Shown here: positions 26,919-36,548 of the stretch, one piece after another
Layout: every line of letters begins with the position of its first letter
Numbering within the stretch: the stretch's first letter is position 1
Virus record (IMG/VR): IMGVR_UViG_3300025084_000090
Span: 1-36,679 of that record
Origin: a virus
Lineage: Duplodnaviria; Caudoviricetes
Strand: one strand, 5' to 3'
Length of the DNA stretch: 36,679 nucleotides
The notes under the pieces: model-generated
Seen by the model: only the letters and a program-made list of their open reading frames with translations
Databases searched by the model: none
Told to the model about the DNA's origin: nothing
Program-made: the position numbers and the translations under genes

Positions 26919-27374
26919 ATGGAAGAATTTGATGCACCAGAAAACGGTGTTAAACAAATGAGAGAAGCTCTCGATAGACAAGCCGAGAAAAATAAAAAGC
27001 TTGAAACAGAATTAGCTCTTTATAAAGACAAAGAGATTGATTCAGTTTTTGGTGAAATTGGCTTAGAAACTAACAAGGGTTTTGGTAAGGCGTTAAAGCA
27101 AGTGTATGATGGACCTATTAATAAAGAGTCCATTGCAGAGTTTGCTAAGACTGAGTATGGTTTTGAACCAAGCGGTCAAGTACAGAATGAACCACAGACT
27201 GAACTTGAACAGCCAGTACAAGACGATGCACGTTCTAGAGTAGCTGCACTTGATGCAAATTCAGTGTCTGATATACCTCAAGATGTCAATGAACAGTTGG
27301 CTAACATTCTACAGAATGGGTCTGTTAAGGATTCCTTAGCAGCAAAGCTAAACATCATGGACCAACAAAAATAA
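26919..27374 (+). CDS. Capsid scaffolding protein
   Basis: Acidic coiled-coil, 151 aa, directly before the major capsid gene; GGAGGT SD. Confidence 0.75.
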   Translation: MEEFDAPENGVKQMREALDRQAEKNKKLETELALYKDKEIDSVFGEIGLETNKGFGKALKQVYDGPINKESIAEFAKTEYGFEPSGQVQNEPQTELEQPVQDDARSRVAALDANSVSDIPQDVNEQLANILQNGSVKDSLAAKLNIMDQQK

Positions 27375-27409
27375 AAAATTAATACGACAACATAATACGG
27401 AGGTAGAAT

Positions 27410-28528
27410 ATGGGAGCAATATCCCTAACTAACAATTCAATTTACTCCCAGAAGATTAATAACTTTTCTGGTGAGTTATTCCGTGTAGGTGGTCAAAGAA
27501 CTCCTTTCTTGTCAGCAACAGGAGGATTAAACGGAGGTAAGGTTTTACAATCTACTTTCTGGCAAATCCAAGCTGCTGATAGTGCTGTAGTTTCTTCTGA
27601 GCCAACAAAAGCTCAAGAAGGTGCGCAGCCAACAGAGTATCTTGGTAGAGATAGAGTCGCTTATACAGGCGTTACTCAAATCTTCCATAAAGGAATTAAG
27701 ATGACCTACACAGCTATGGCAACATATCAACACCAAAATCCATTTGATTTGAGTGCAAACATTGCAAACTCATCTGATGGTGATGGAACAGTTACAGCTG
27801 CTGACAAACTTGCTTTGTCCGGTAGTAACCCAATCGTTGATGAGTTCGCAGAGCAAATGTCTATGGCACTTGAAAAAGTGGCTAGAGAAGTAGAGTGGTT
27901 CGCATTCAACGGTACATTCGCAGATGGTGCTAATACAACACCAGGTGCTGGTACAAGAGAAATGCGTGGACTTAACGAGTATTGCGCACTAAACGCTAAT
28001 GCTAACAATACAGTTGCACCTACATTTGTAGGCGGTAACGTACACTATTGTGATGCTGATGGTGATGGAACTGGCGCAGACAAAGTACTTTCATGGGATT
28101 CAATCTCAGAAGGACTTAAGAGACTATATGATGCTCACGCACCAATGCAGTCTCCTGTACTTTGCGTTACTCCAAAGCAATTACTTGACTTAAATAAAGA
28201 ACTACTTGCTGGTACAGTTGGTATTACAGGAGCAATCATTCCTAGAGATAGAAATGTTGCTGGTATCGATATTGATACTATTGTAACTCCATTCGGTTCA
28301 ATCGGAATGATGGTTATAGACCCTAATATCATGCCTGCAAACAGTGCATTTATTTTGGACTTTGCGTTTATACAACCAGTGTTTACAAATATCCCAGGAT
28401 ATGGAACAGTGTTTGTTAGAGACATAGACCAAGATGATTATGCAAGAGTATCAAAAGCTATCTACATGGAAATGGGATACGACTTTGGTCCTCCTTCATA
28501 TCACTTGCTATTCAAAGACGTAGCTTAA
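27410..28528 (+). CDS. Major capsid protein (DUF5309/SU10-like HK97 fold)
   Basis: TPFLS, AQEG, TQIF and REMRGL motifs; strong GGAGGT SD; downstream terminator. Confidence 0.88.
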   Translation: MGAISLTNNSIYSQKINNFSGELFRVGGQRTPFLSATGGLNGGKVLQSTFWQIQAADSAVVSSEPTKAQEGAQPTEYLGRDRVAYTGVTQIFHKGIKMTYTAMATYQHQNPFDLSANIANSSDGDGTVTAADKLALSGSNPIVDEFAEQMSMALEKVAREVEWFAFNGTFADGANTTPGAGTREMRGLNEYCALNANANNTVAPTFVGGNVHYCDADGDGTGADKVLSWDSISEGLKRLYDAHAPMQSPVLCVTPKQLLDLNKELLAGTVGITGAIIPRDRNVAGIDIDTIVTPFGSIGMMVIDPNIMPANSAFILDFAFIQPVFTNIPGYGTVFVRDIDQDDYARVSKAIYMEMGYDFGPPSYHLLFKDVA

Positions 28529-28550
28529 GAATATAGAAGTATTGAAGATT

Positions 28551-28583
28551 AGGGTGGGAATCCACCTCCTGCCCTTTTCTTCT
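28551..28583 (+). terminator. Intrinsic terminator after the capsid gene
   Basis: AGGGTGGGA/TCCTGCCCT stem followed by TTTCTTCT. Confidence 0.75.
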
Positions 28584-28591
28584 GCTATAGT
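28583..28591 (+). promoter_or_regulatory. Extended -10 promoter TGcTATAGT
   Basis: 9 nt before the ATG at 28601, immediately after the terminator. Confidence 0.55.
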
Positions 28592-28600
28592 AAGGACAAC

Positions 28601-28933
28601 ATGCAATTACAAAAACAAGTTTTAATAGACGTTTCAGAAGACAACAGTAACTCTACAGCTGCACAATGTGACGGTTTATTGTTATCAGGAATAGAATTTC
28701 CTGCAGCAATGACTGGTTCAAACGTAACATTTGACTTTTCTTATGATGGAAGCACTTGGGTAGACGTAGTTGAAACAGATGGTACTGAAGTTACATATGT
28801 AGTTTCAGCAGGAAATGTAGTAAGAGTTGACCCTAGTGGTTGGGCTTTTGCTTCTATTGGTTTTTTGAAAGTAACATCTGATGGCAACGAAGCTGCTGAC
28901 AGAAAAATTAATTTAATATTTAAACAAAGTTAG
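28601..28933 (+). CDS. Small beta-rich virion protein (decoration-like)
   Basis: 110 aa after the capsid gene; SYDGSTW motif. Confidence 0.6.
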   Translation: MQLQKQVLIDVSEDNSNSTAAQCDGLLLSGIEFPAAMTGSNVTFDFSYDGSTWVDVVETDGTEVTYVVSAGNVVRVDPSGWAFASIGFLKVTSDGNEAADRKINLIFKQS

Positions 28934-28941
28934 GAGTCATT

Positions 28942-29949
28942 GTGAGTGACACAATAGGCAACCTAGTAGACAGGGTATTTAGAGAATACCTTGAGCCAGC
29001 AGATAGTGTTGAATCGTATTCATACTTAACTGGTGGTATTAATAGTTCAGTAACAACAATAGCTTATGCTAATGATTTATTTTCTGTAGAAGAAGAAGAT
29101 GCATTAGGTGCTGGTGCAATTATAGAAGTTGGACAAGAACTTATGTTCTCAACTGCTTTAAACACTGTATCAAATGAAATAACAGTAACTAGAGGAGCAA
29201 GAGGAACTACTGCAGCTGCTCATTCTGCTGGAGATTTAATTAAAATAGCGCCTGCTTTTCCTCGTAAGAGTGTATACGATGCAGTATCAGACCAGATTAA
29301 AAATTTATATCCTACATTGTATGCTGTAGAAACACAAGCTTTAACATCTGGAACAGGATATAGAGTACTCGGTAATTATGGTAGTGATGTAGATGATAAC
29401 AACCATGTAATAACACCATTAAAAGCTATTTCACAATATACAGACTGGTCATCAGGCTCAGACCAAACAGGTCTTACCTATAAAGGTGTTGGTGTAGAGC
29501 TTATACAATTACCTAATCCTTTTGTTTGGACTGATGAAACTGGTGTTGAAAGAACTAAAACATACACAACAGGACCTAGTACAGTAAATGCTGTACAATT
29601 TTATGGTATTGCTAGCGGACATGAAGTATTTGTTACTTTTAAAAAGAAGTTTGTTGCTCCTACTAATGAATCTACAACATTAGCAACAGTCGGTTTAGAA
29701 TCAGAATATGAACCTATAGTTATGATTGGTGTTGCTGCACAAATGTTATCTGGTAAAGACATTAACAGATTAAATACACCTTATATTACACAACAATTAG
29801 AAGCACAAAACTTTCCTGTAGGTAGTGGAGGTAGTGTAACAAACAGTTTATTAAGATATCAACAGCTACTTATACAACAAGCTAGGTCTAATTTAAGGTC
29901 TAAATATCAAGAACCAGTAACATTTAATAACATTAATTACGTGACATAA
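28942..29949 (+). CDS. Head-tail adaptor / tail tubular A-like protein with inserted beta domain
   Basis: GTG start after AGGAG; TVTRGARGTTAAAHSAG motif; position. Confidence 0.6.
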   Translation: MSDTIGNLVDRVFREYLEPADSVESYSYLTGGINSSVTTIAYANDLFSVEEEDALGAGAIIEVGQELMFSTALNTVSNEITVTRGARGTTAAAHSAGDLIKIAPAFPRKSVYDAVSDQIKNLYPTLYAVETQALTSGTGYRVLGNYGSDVDDNNHVITPLKAISQYTDWSSGSDQTGLTYKGVGVELIQLPNPFVWTDETGVERTKTYTTGPSTVNAVQFYGIASGHEVFVTFKKKFVAPTNESTTLATVGLESEYEPIVMIGVAAQMLSGKDINRLNTPYITQQLEAQNFPVGSGGSVTNSLLRYQQLLIQQARSNLRSKYQEPVTFNNINYVT

Positions 29950-31940
29950 TGCCTAGAGTAGCTACTACTTCTAATATTACGAATCCTAAAAGATATGGAT
30001 ATGATATACAGTTAGACAATATCTTTTTACGTACAGCTGTAGGACCTAATAGAGACATGACTATTCAATCTTCTGATGTACAAGCAGGACAAAACGTTAA
30101 TGTTAAACAAAATCCTGAAGATTTTACATCAAACTTAGGTCGTATATATTCAAGAAACAAATTTAATGCAGGACAAGGATTAGATACAGCACATAGAACA
30201 GACGGTAAACCAGATGATGTTAATAGATTTTGGGATAGTAAAGGCGTAGATGTATTTCATGGAGATGATGAGACTTCTTATCATATACACTTACTACATC
30301 AAACTGCGGATGTAAATGTTAGAGGTGGAAGTTTACAATTTGCTGGTACTAATAACTACATGACACAAACTACAGATGGCAAGATATGGGTAACTGACAA
30401 TACAAGTGTTTATTACTCTACAGATGCAACTACATGGACTGAAGTAGCTGCTGGTACAAACAATGCAACACATAACTTTACAGGTATAGCTGCATTTGGT
30501 AACAAGTTATTTCTTACAACAAAAAATGGAACAGCAGGTTCACAGTTAATTGAGTTTGATGGTACAAGTACTTGGAGTGTACGAACTACTGCACAGTCTA
30601 GTTCAGGTGGATTAACTGGTGTATGGTTTGTAAAAAATAGATTATGGATTACAGGTAATGATGGTACAGCAGAATACATATGGGAAGCTAGTCCGTTTAA
30701 CAAATCATGGTCTGGTTCTGATTTGCAAGATGCAGATAGCATAGTAGAAGTAGAACCTACACATGAGTTTACAGGTATTATTGATGGTGGTGCAGCAGTA
30801 TTAGCTGCTAGTACAGACGGTACAGTGTATTCTTTTAAACTTAGTAGTGGTTCTTTTGTAAACCAAGGACAAACAAAAATACCTTTTGAAGAAGTACACT
30901 CTATAGAAGCTACTGAAGGTATAGTATTTTTAGGTACTAAAGAAAGTACAACTGATACAGGTAGATTATATAGAACAGAACTTGTAGCAGCTGATGACTT
31001 GTACGTACTAGCTAATAGACAGTTAGTAAAAGAATGGGTTGTAACAGGTGTAGATACAACACCTCACGCTATGTTTGTTAGTCGTGATAGTGTGTATATG
31101 GGTGTTAAAGAAGCAACTAACGAAGTAAATTTGTGGCGATATTACCTACCAACAGGTGGTTTGGCTAGAGATTTACAAACAACAGGCAATGGTTTAGTGT
31201 ATGCTATAACACAAAACGCAGGTAAATTTGTAGTATCTGTGTCAGGAAGTGATGTATATAAAGAACAATCTACATATGAATCAGAAGGTTATTTAGTATT
31301 ATCAGCAGCAGATTTCTTTACAGCAGAACAAAAACAATTTGTTGGTGCAGAGTTATCTACTATTAATATGCCTACTAATACAGAAGTAGAATTGTTATAT
31401 TCAACTAAGTTTGAAGATTTAGATACTCCTGAGTCTGCTTCTTTTACATCTGCATTAACTCAGTTAGGTGGTACTGGTGACACAGAAAAACAAATATCAG
31501 AAGTTGCCAGATATATTATAGGTAAAGTTGTTTTAAAATCTACAGATAACGTAGACACACCAAAGGTTAAATCTGTACAGTTTCGTGCATTAGCTAGACC
31601 TGAACTTGTAGTAGCACAAATACCTATAAACATTAGTGATAGAGTAGAAAGACCAGGTAGAAAACCTATTAGAGTAAAAGGTCTTGGTGATGAACTATAT
31701 GCAGCACTTCGTGATAAAGAAGGAGATTCTGTAACATTACAAATATTTCAACCACAAGAAATTATTCGTGGTGTAATTGAGCAAATAAGTTATCCAATAC
31801 AATCTAATGAGGTAGTTGGAAGTGACACACATTATGCTATCATTACAGTGCGTGGAACTAGACAAACAGTACTAGAGGATGTAACATCTGTACACGTAAC
31901 AGGTATTTCAGCTTTTGGTATAATGAGATTTGGAGCATAG
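29949..31940 (+). CDS. Tail nozzle / tubular B-like beta-propeller protein
   Basis: 663 aa beta-rich with repeated strand motifs; follows the adaptor gene. Confidence 0.6.
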   Translation: MPRVATTSNITNPKRYGYDIQLDNIFLRTAVGPNRDMTIQSSDVQAGQNVNVKQNPEDFTSNLGRIYSRNKFNAGQGLDTAHRTDGKPDDVNRFWDSKGVDVFHGDDETSYHIHLLHQTADVNVRGGSLQFAGTNNYMTQTTDGKIWVTDNTSVYYSTDATTWTEVAAGTNNATHNFTGIAAFGNKLFLTTKNGTAGSQLIEFDGTSTWSVRTTAQSSSGGLTGVWFVKNRLWITGNDGTAEYIWEASPFNKSWSGSDLQDADSIVEVEPTHEFTGIIDGGAAVLAASTDGTVYSFKLSSGSFVNQGQTKIPFEEVHSIEATEGIVFLGTKESTTDTGRLYRTELVAADDLYVLANRQLVKEWVVTGVDTTPHAMFVSRDSVYMGVKEATNEVNLWRYYLPTGGLARDLQTTGNGLVYAITQNAGKFVVSVSGSDVYKEQSTYESEGYLVLSAADFFTAEQKQFVGAELSTINMPTNTEVELLYSTKFEDLDTPESASFTSALTQLGGTGDTEKQISEVARYIIGKVVLKSTDNVDTPKVKSVQFRALARPELVVAQIPINISDRVERPGRKPIRVKGLGDELYAALRDKEGDSVTLQIFQPQEIIRGVIEQISYPIQSNEVVGSDTHYAIITVRGTRQTVLEDVTSVHVTGISAFGIMRFGA

Positions 31941-32909
31941 ATGGCAGACAGAGAAACACAGATAGTAAACTTTTATGAAAGTACTTTAGCTAGTCTCTTA
32001 GCAAGTGGAGCTACATCTACTACTCTTACTACAGCACCTACTACAAATGGTTCAACAGCTATTAATGCGTCTGGTTCTAGTTATTATTACTTAGTAATAG
32101 ACCCAGATAACTCTGCAACACGAGAAGTTGTATTAGTTACAGCATCATCAGGTACAACTATTTCTGCTATGACACGTGACTTAGAAGGTAGACATACGTC
32201 AGACCCAGACCATCAAGCAGGCACTACAGTTAGAATGGCTGTATTAGCTGAACATTTTGCTGATATGAATGACAGATTAGATGCAGGTATGACCGCAACA
32301 TCAACAGCTACACTAACTAATAAAACTTTTGATGTTGAAGCAACAGGTAACTCTATATCTAACATAGATGTAGCTGACTTAAAGTCAGGCGTACTAGATA
32401 CAGACATTAGTTCTGTAAGTGGTAGTGATGATACATTAGCTTCAGCTAAAGCAACTAAAACTTATACCGATACTAAATTATCTTTAGCAGGTGGCACAAT
32501 GACAGGTGCTATAAATGCAGGTGACCAAGAAATATCAGCAGCAGTACTTAAAGACTATTCAGAAACAGATGTAGCTTTATCATCATCATCAGGCGTTGTT
32601 GCAATAAACTTAGCTAGTGGTAACACAGGTTCATTAACTCTTACCGAGAATGTAACTGATATAGACTTTACTAATGTACCTACAAATGGTGTATCTTCAT
32701 TTACGGTTAAAATAACACAAGACGCTTCATCTTCATATACAGTTGCAATTAATGCTGTTACTGTAAATGCAGGTGGAAATGTTACTGCAAAAACAGCAGG
32801 TGCAGGTGGGTTTACAATGACAACTACAAATAGTGCAGAAGATTTATTATTCTTTTTATTCTTTGATGCAGGAACACCTTATCTAACAGCAACACAGGAG
32901 ATGAGTTAA
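31941..32909 (+). CDS. Tail fibre / spike anchor protein
   Basis: S/T/A-rich; TLTNKT and LSLAGGTMTG fibre motifs. Confidence 0.7.
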   Translation: MADRETQIVNFYESTLASLLASGATSTTLTTAPTTNGSTAINASGSSYYYLVIDPDNSATREVVLVTASSGTTISAMTRDLEGRHTSDPDHQAGTTVRMAVLAEHFADMNDRLDAGMTATSTATLTNKTFDVEATGNSISNIDVADLKSGVLDTDISSVSGSDDTLASAKATKTYTDTKLSLAGGTMTGAINAGDQEISAAVLKDYSETDVALSSSSGVVAINLASGNTGSLTLTENVTDIDFTNVPTNGVSSFTVKITQDASSSYTVAINAVTVNAGGNVTAKTAGAGGFTMTTTNSAEDLLFFLFFDAGTPYLTATQEMS

Positions 32910-33175
32910 TGTCAATGTTATTAATGCTTAAAGAAGGTGGAAGTTTAGGCATTGATACTATTGGTAATAAACCTATTGATGAAGATATAGATTTAATAGA
33001 GTTTGGTGATTTGAAATTTGTACTGTTTAATGGAACTCAAGATAATATACTTGGTGAAACAGGTGAATTGACATTTGTAGAATCAGATGGTTCTACAGAT
33101 AATATTCTACTAACAGGTAATAGATTGAGTTTCACTTTGTTTGATGGTACAGTAGATAATATAGATTTAACATAA
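32909..33175 (+). CDS. Small acidic protein with three internal repeats
   Basis: LKFVLFNGTQDNI / LTFVESDGSTDNI / LSFTLFDGTVDNI. Confidence 0.75.
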   Translation: MSMLLMLKEGGSLGIDTIGNKPIDEDIDLIEFGDLKFVLFNGTQDNILGETGELTFVESDGSTDNILLTGNRLSFTLFDGTVDNIDLT

Positions 33176-33184
33176 GGAAGATAA

Positions 33185-33631
33185 ATGGCAGAATTTAGAC
33201 CAGTACACGCAACAAATACAGGTGGAGATACAGATGGATTAGCAGAGTATTCCAATACAGATGGTTTACTTCTTCCTAATTATAATGAAAAAGTACAAGC
33301 AGTAACAAGCTCATCAGGAGTTTTAGCTATAGATGTACTATCAGGAAATGTTGCAACTATTACTCTTACAGAAAATATTACAGACATAGATTTTACTAAT
33401 GTACCAGCTGCAGGTAGTTGTGCTATAACATTAATCATTACACAACACGCTTCATCAGCAAAAACAGTAGCTATAAATGCTATAACAGTTAATGGTGGTG
33501 GAAACTTAACAGCTAAGACTGCAGCAGCAGCAGGATTTACAATGACCACTACAGTAGATAAAACAGATGTGGTATCAATACTTTTTATAAACGCAGGAAC
33601 ACCGCTATTAAACGCAGTACAGGAGTTATAA
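33185..33631 (+). CDS. Tail fibre-associated protein, paralogue of the C-terminus of 31941-32909
   Basis: Shares LTEN.TDIDFTNVP...TVAINA.TVN.GGN.TAKTA...GFTMTTT. Confidence 0.75.
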   Translation: MAEFRPVHATNTGGDTDGLAEYSNTDGLLLPNYNEKVQAVTSSSGVLAIDVLSGNVATITLTENITDIDFTNVPAAGSCAITLIITQHASSAKTVAINAITVNGGGNLTAKTAAAAGFTMTTTVDKTDVVSILFINAGTPLLNAVQEL

Positions 33632-34504
33632 ATGCCTTTAGCTTCAAGTAGATTTGGATTCGCAGGTGGCGGAGGCGTAGCTTTAGAAGTTTCTTATTTA
33701 GTACTTGGAGGCGGAGGCGGAGGCGGTAATGGTTTTCATGGTTCAGGTGGAGGTGCAGGTGGTTATCGTACATCTTATGGAACTGGCAACATATCAGGTA
33801 GAGGTTCTGCTGTAGAAAGTATTTTAGAATTAGACAAAGCTACTGATTATACAGTTCAAGTCGGTGCAGGTGGCGGTGGTTCAGGTCAAGGTGGAAGCAG
33901 TACTTTTAGTAATATAACTTCTCTTGGTGGCGGTCGTGGAGTAAATAACAATCAAAATGGTATTGTCGGTGGTTGCGGTAGCGGCGGCGGTGGCGAAGGT
34001 AATAATGGCGGCGGTGCAGGTACAACAGCACAAGGTCATGGTGGCGGCGGTGGTTCTCCACATGGCGGGGCATATGGTGCAGGTGGCGGTGGTGGAGTCA
34101 AAACAGCAGGTGGCGGAGGCGACCAAAACAGAGGTGGAAATGGTGGCTCAGGTGAATCATCTTCTATAACAGGTTCAGCAGTAACAAGAGGTGGCGGCGG
34201 TGGAGGTTCAGTTTTTAATAACGCTGCACCAGGTTCTGACAACTCTGGTGGCGGTGGAGGACAAGGCGAAAGTGGTAACTATGGTGGTAACTCTGGTGCT
34301 GCTAATAAAGGTGGCGGCGGCGGAGGTCGTGATAGACATAGAGGTCCAGGTAGTGGTGGTTCAGGAATAGTTATTTTAAGATACCCAGGAAGTTTTACTT
34401 TAAGTAAATCAAATAATGTAACAGCAAACACTATCAATGTTGATGATGGAGATGAAAGATATACAATTGTTACTGGCGGTAATGGCACAGTTAGTTGGTC
34501 ATAA
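33632..34504 (+). CDS. Glycine-rich tail fibre-like protein
   Basis: Many GGGGG runs; terminal GGSGIVILRY motif typical of aquatic-phage Gly-rich domains. Confidence 0.8.
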   Translation: MPLASSRFGFAGGGGVALEVSYLVLGGGGGGGNGFHGSGGGAGGYRTSYGTGNISGRGSAVESILELDKATDYTVQVGAGGGGSGQGGSSTFSNITSLGGGRGVNNNQNGIVGGCGSGGGGEGNNGGGAGTTAQGHGGGGGSPHGGAYGAGGGGGVKTAGGGGDQNRGGNGGSGESSSITGSAVTRGGGGGGSVFNNAAPGSDNSGGGGGQGESGNYGGNSGAANKGGGGGGRDRHRGPGSGGSGIVILRYPGSFTLSKSNNVTANTINVDDGDERYTIVTGGNGTVSWS

Positions 34505-34941
34505 TGGCACACTATGCAATACTAGATGAAAATAACATAGTAACAACTGTCATTGTAGGTAATGAAGAAACAGATACTGTAGATGGTGTAGAGCAAGATT
34601 GGGAAGCTAATTATGCTGTACAACATGGTGTTCCTACTGCACAAGTTAAAAGAACTTCTTATAATACAGGTTCAAATAAATATTACAACCCTGATAGAAC
34701 CTTAGCTGATGACCAATCAAAAGCATTTAGAGGTAATTATGCTGTAATCGGAGAACCTTATGACCCTGTTAATGATGTATTCTTAGGGTGGCAACCACAC
34801 GATAGTTGGGTTCTTAGTGAAGAAACATGGAACTATGAACCACCTATAGATTATCCAACAGATGGTCACAAGTATACTTGGGATGAGTCTATAATTAATT
34901 GGGTAAAAGTAGAAGATAGTTCTAATTTTATTAATCCTTAA
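34504..34941 (+). CDS. Tail-fibre accessory protein
   Basis: MAHYAILDENNIV..., RTSYN, FRGNYA, PPIDYP..G..Y.WDE; the usual neighbour of Gly-rich genes. Confidence 0.7.
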   Translation: MAHYAILDENNIVTTVIVGNEETDTVDGVEQDWEANYAVQHGVPTAQVKRTSYNTGSNKYYNPDRTLADDQSKAFRGNYAVIGEPYDPVNDVFLGWQPHDSWVLSEETWNYEPPIDYPTDGHKYTWDESIINWVKVEDSSNFINP

Positions 34942-34963
34942 ATAAATTTAAGAAAGGTGGAGA

Positions 34964-35725
34964 ATGAAAGATAACATACAAGTACACATACATCCTAGAA
35001 ATAAATCTAATGAAGCATTATTAGAATTATACCCCCCACAGTTAGCTAATAGATATTTACCTGAATGGTATAAAAATCAAGAAGTATATAAAAGAAATGA
35101 AATACCATCACATAAAGACATGAAAAATTGTCCTGCTATACAGGATGTTCTAACCAGTGGTATTGTTCTTCCTGCATGGAGTGATATATATATAGAAAAA
35201 AAAGATGGTTCTTACGAATGGAATGTGACAACAGGTTCAAGTTATGCTTATCCACCTGAAACAAGTTGGATAGAAATACAACCTTATCATCAACTTAGAA
35301 ATACAGAAGAAAATGATTTTAAAGTTAATGTAATTAAAGATGTAGGTGCTTTAAAACTTATAACACCTTATTGGTTTTCTACAGAGCCAGGATATGGATT
35401 AGAATTTAGTGACCCTTTTTACCATCACAGAAGAAATATTAAACTATTATCAGGTCGTGTAGAATCAGATAAATGGCACGAAACAAATTTACCTTTTGAG
35501 TTTTTTGATAATCTTGATGATGTAAGTAATAAAAAAATATATATTAAAGCAGGTGAACCTCTGTGTATGATAACTCCTTACAAAATAGAAACTAAAGTTA
35601 CTCCTGTGATACATAAGTTTGAAGAAGAATTTCACAACCAACAACTTAAGAAATCTCAATTAATATCTTCAGTGGGAGGAGATTGGTTAGCATATAAGAA
35701 AAAACATGATGACCTTTTATCCTAA
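34964..35725 (+). CDS. Hypothetical protein of the PEWYK/CPA family
   Basis: LPEWYK, KNCPAIQD..SG, G.VESD.W, IKAGEPL; AGAAAGG SD. Confidence 0.75.
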   Translation: MKDNIQVHIHPRNKSNEALLELYPPQLANRYLPEWYKNQEVYKRNEIPSHKDMKNCPAIQDVLTSGIVLPAWSDIYIEKKDGSYEWNVTTGSSYAYPPETSWIEIQPYHQLRNTEENDFKVNVIKDVGALKLITPYWFSTEPGYGLEFSDPFYHHRRNIKLLSGRVESDKWHETNLPFEFFDNLDDVSNKKIYIKAGEPLCMITPYKIETKVTPVIHKFEEEFHNQQLKKSQLISSVGGDWLAYKKKHDDLLS

Positions 35726-36398
35726 ATTTAAAAATAAAAGTATCGTTAAGTATTGTTTATTAACTGATAATTTTAACTTAAGTAAATTTAATAAAGGTAT
35801 ATATACAAACATAGAACCTAAGTATGTACAAGATACTGGTTGCCCTTCAGTTAGTTCTTTAAAGAACAGAATGTTTACTGTTTATTCACCCTTTAATGTT
35901 GATATTAAAATATCCAATAACGAATATAGTTATCAGTTTGATACTGACAAACACCCTGATAATAGGTATATGCACAGTTTATTAAAAGCATCAATTAATT
36001 TAGACATAAATAAAAAAGACATACAACATCTACAACTTTTAACTCCATACGCTTTTGTTACTGATGACCCATCTATAGAAATTATTACAATAGAACCTAA
36101 TATTGAAACAGAAAATTTAGATTATGTGTCTGCTTCTATAAAACCCTATGGTTGGATAAGAACATTAAACAGTGCCTATGTTGTAAGAAATAAAGATAAA
36201 GAAAGTTTAGTTAGTTTTAATACAAAAAGTCCTATGTTTAATATACTATTCAATAAACCTGTGTCTTTAGAGTATATAGAACCTACACAAAAAATATATG
36301 ATTATTACACAAATTGTAAAGACATTGTAAATTATACAAATCAAATTACTAAACACTATAAATCTATAGTAACTCGTAGACCCAAAAAATTATTGTGA
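35706..36398 (+). CDS. Hypothetical protein, distant relative of the previous ORF
   Basis: GCPSV.....R.F...SPF, GWIR.LN, K.PMF. Confidence 0.7.
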   Translation: MMTFYPKFKNKSIVKYCLLTDNFNLSKFNKGIYTNIEPKYVQDTGCPSVSSLKNRMFTVYSPFNVDIKISNNEYSYQFDTDKHPDNRYMHSLLKASINLDINKKDIQHLQLLTPYAFVTDDPSIEIITIEPNIETENLDYVSASIKPYGWIRTLNSAYVVRNKDKESLVSFNTKSPMFNILFNKPVSLEYIEPTQKIYDYYTNCKDIVNYTNQITKHYKSIVTRRPKKLL

Positions 36399-36404
36399 TA
36401 TAAT
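36396..36404 (+). promoter_or_regulatory. Extended -10 promoter TGaTATAAT (leaderless)
   Basis: 6 nt before the ATG at 36411; no SD. Confidence 0.7.
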
Positions 36405-36410
36405 CCAATA

Positions 36411-36548
36411 ATGGAATTTATAATTGGATTTTTTCTAGGTTATTTTTTAAAAGAAATTAGTTCTTATCTTAAAAGATTAAGCAACTACGACCTAGATAGT
36501 AATATAAACAAGGAATGGGATTTCTTATCCCATGATGATTTACCATAA
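36411..36548 (+). CDS. 45-aa membrane-anchored peptide (not in the ORF track)
   Basis: MEFIIGFFLGYFLKEISSYLKRLSNYDLDSNINKEWDFLSHDDLP*. Confidence 0.65.
   Translation: MEFIIGFFLGYFLKEISSYLKRLSNYDLDSNINKEWDFLSHDDLP

Noticed and set aside
28560-28570. Anti-SD-like ATCCACCTCCT in the capsid terminator
   Set aside because: Explained by local pairing (GGTGG/CCACC and the terminator stem); too short to support a long-range claim
32581-33631. DGR template/variable repeat pair
   Set aside because: Differences are not adenine-specific, both copies are coding, and no reverse transcriptase is present
33632-34504. GC-rich GGCGGT repeats as a DNA repeat or foreign island
   Set aside because: Fully explained by poly-glycine coding
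886-34512. Many opposite-strand or nested ORFs in the track (e.g. 1584-1988, 2983-3381, 14650-14967, 20597-20929, 34036-34242)
   Set aside because: Shadow frames of real genes; no ribosome-binding sites and atypical composition
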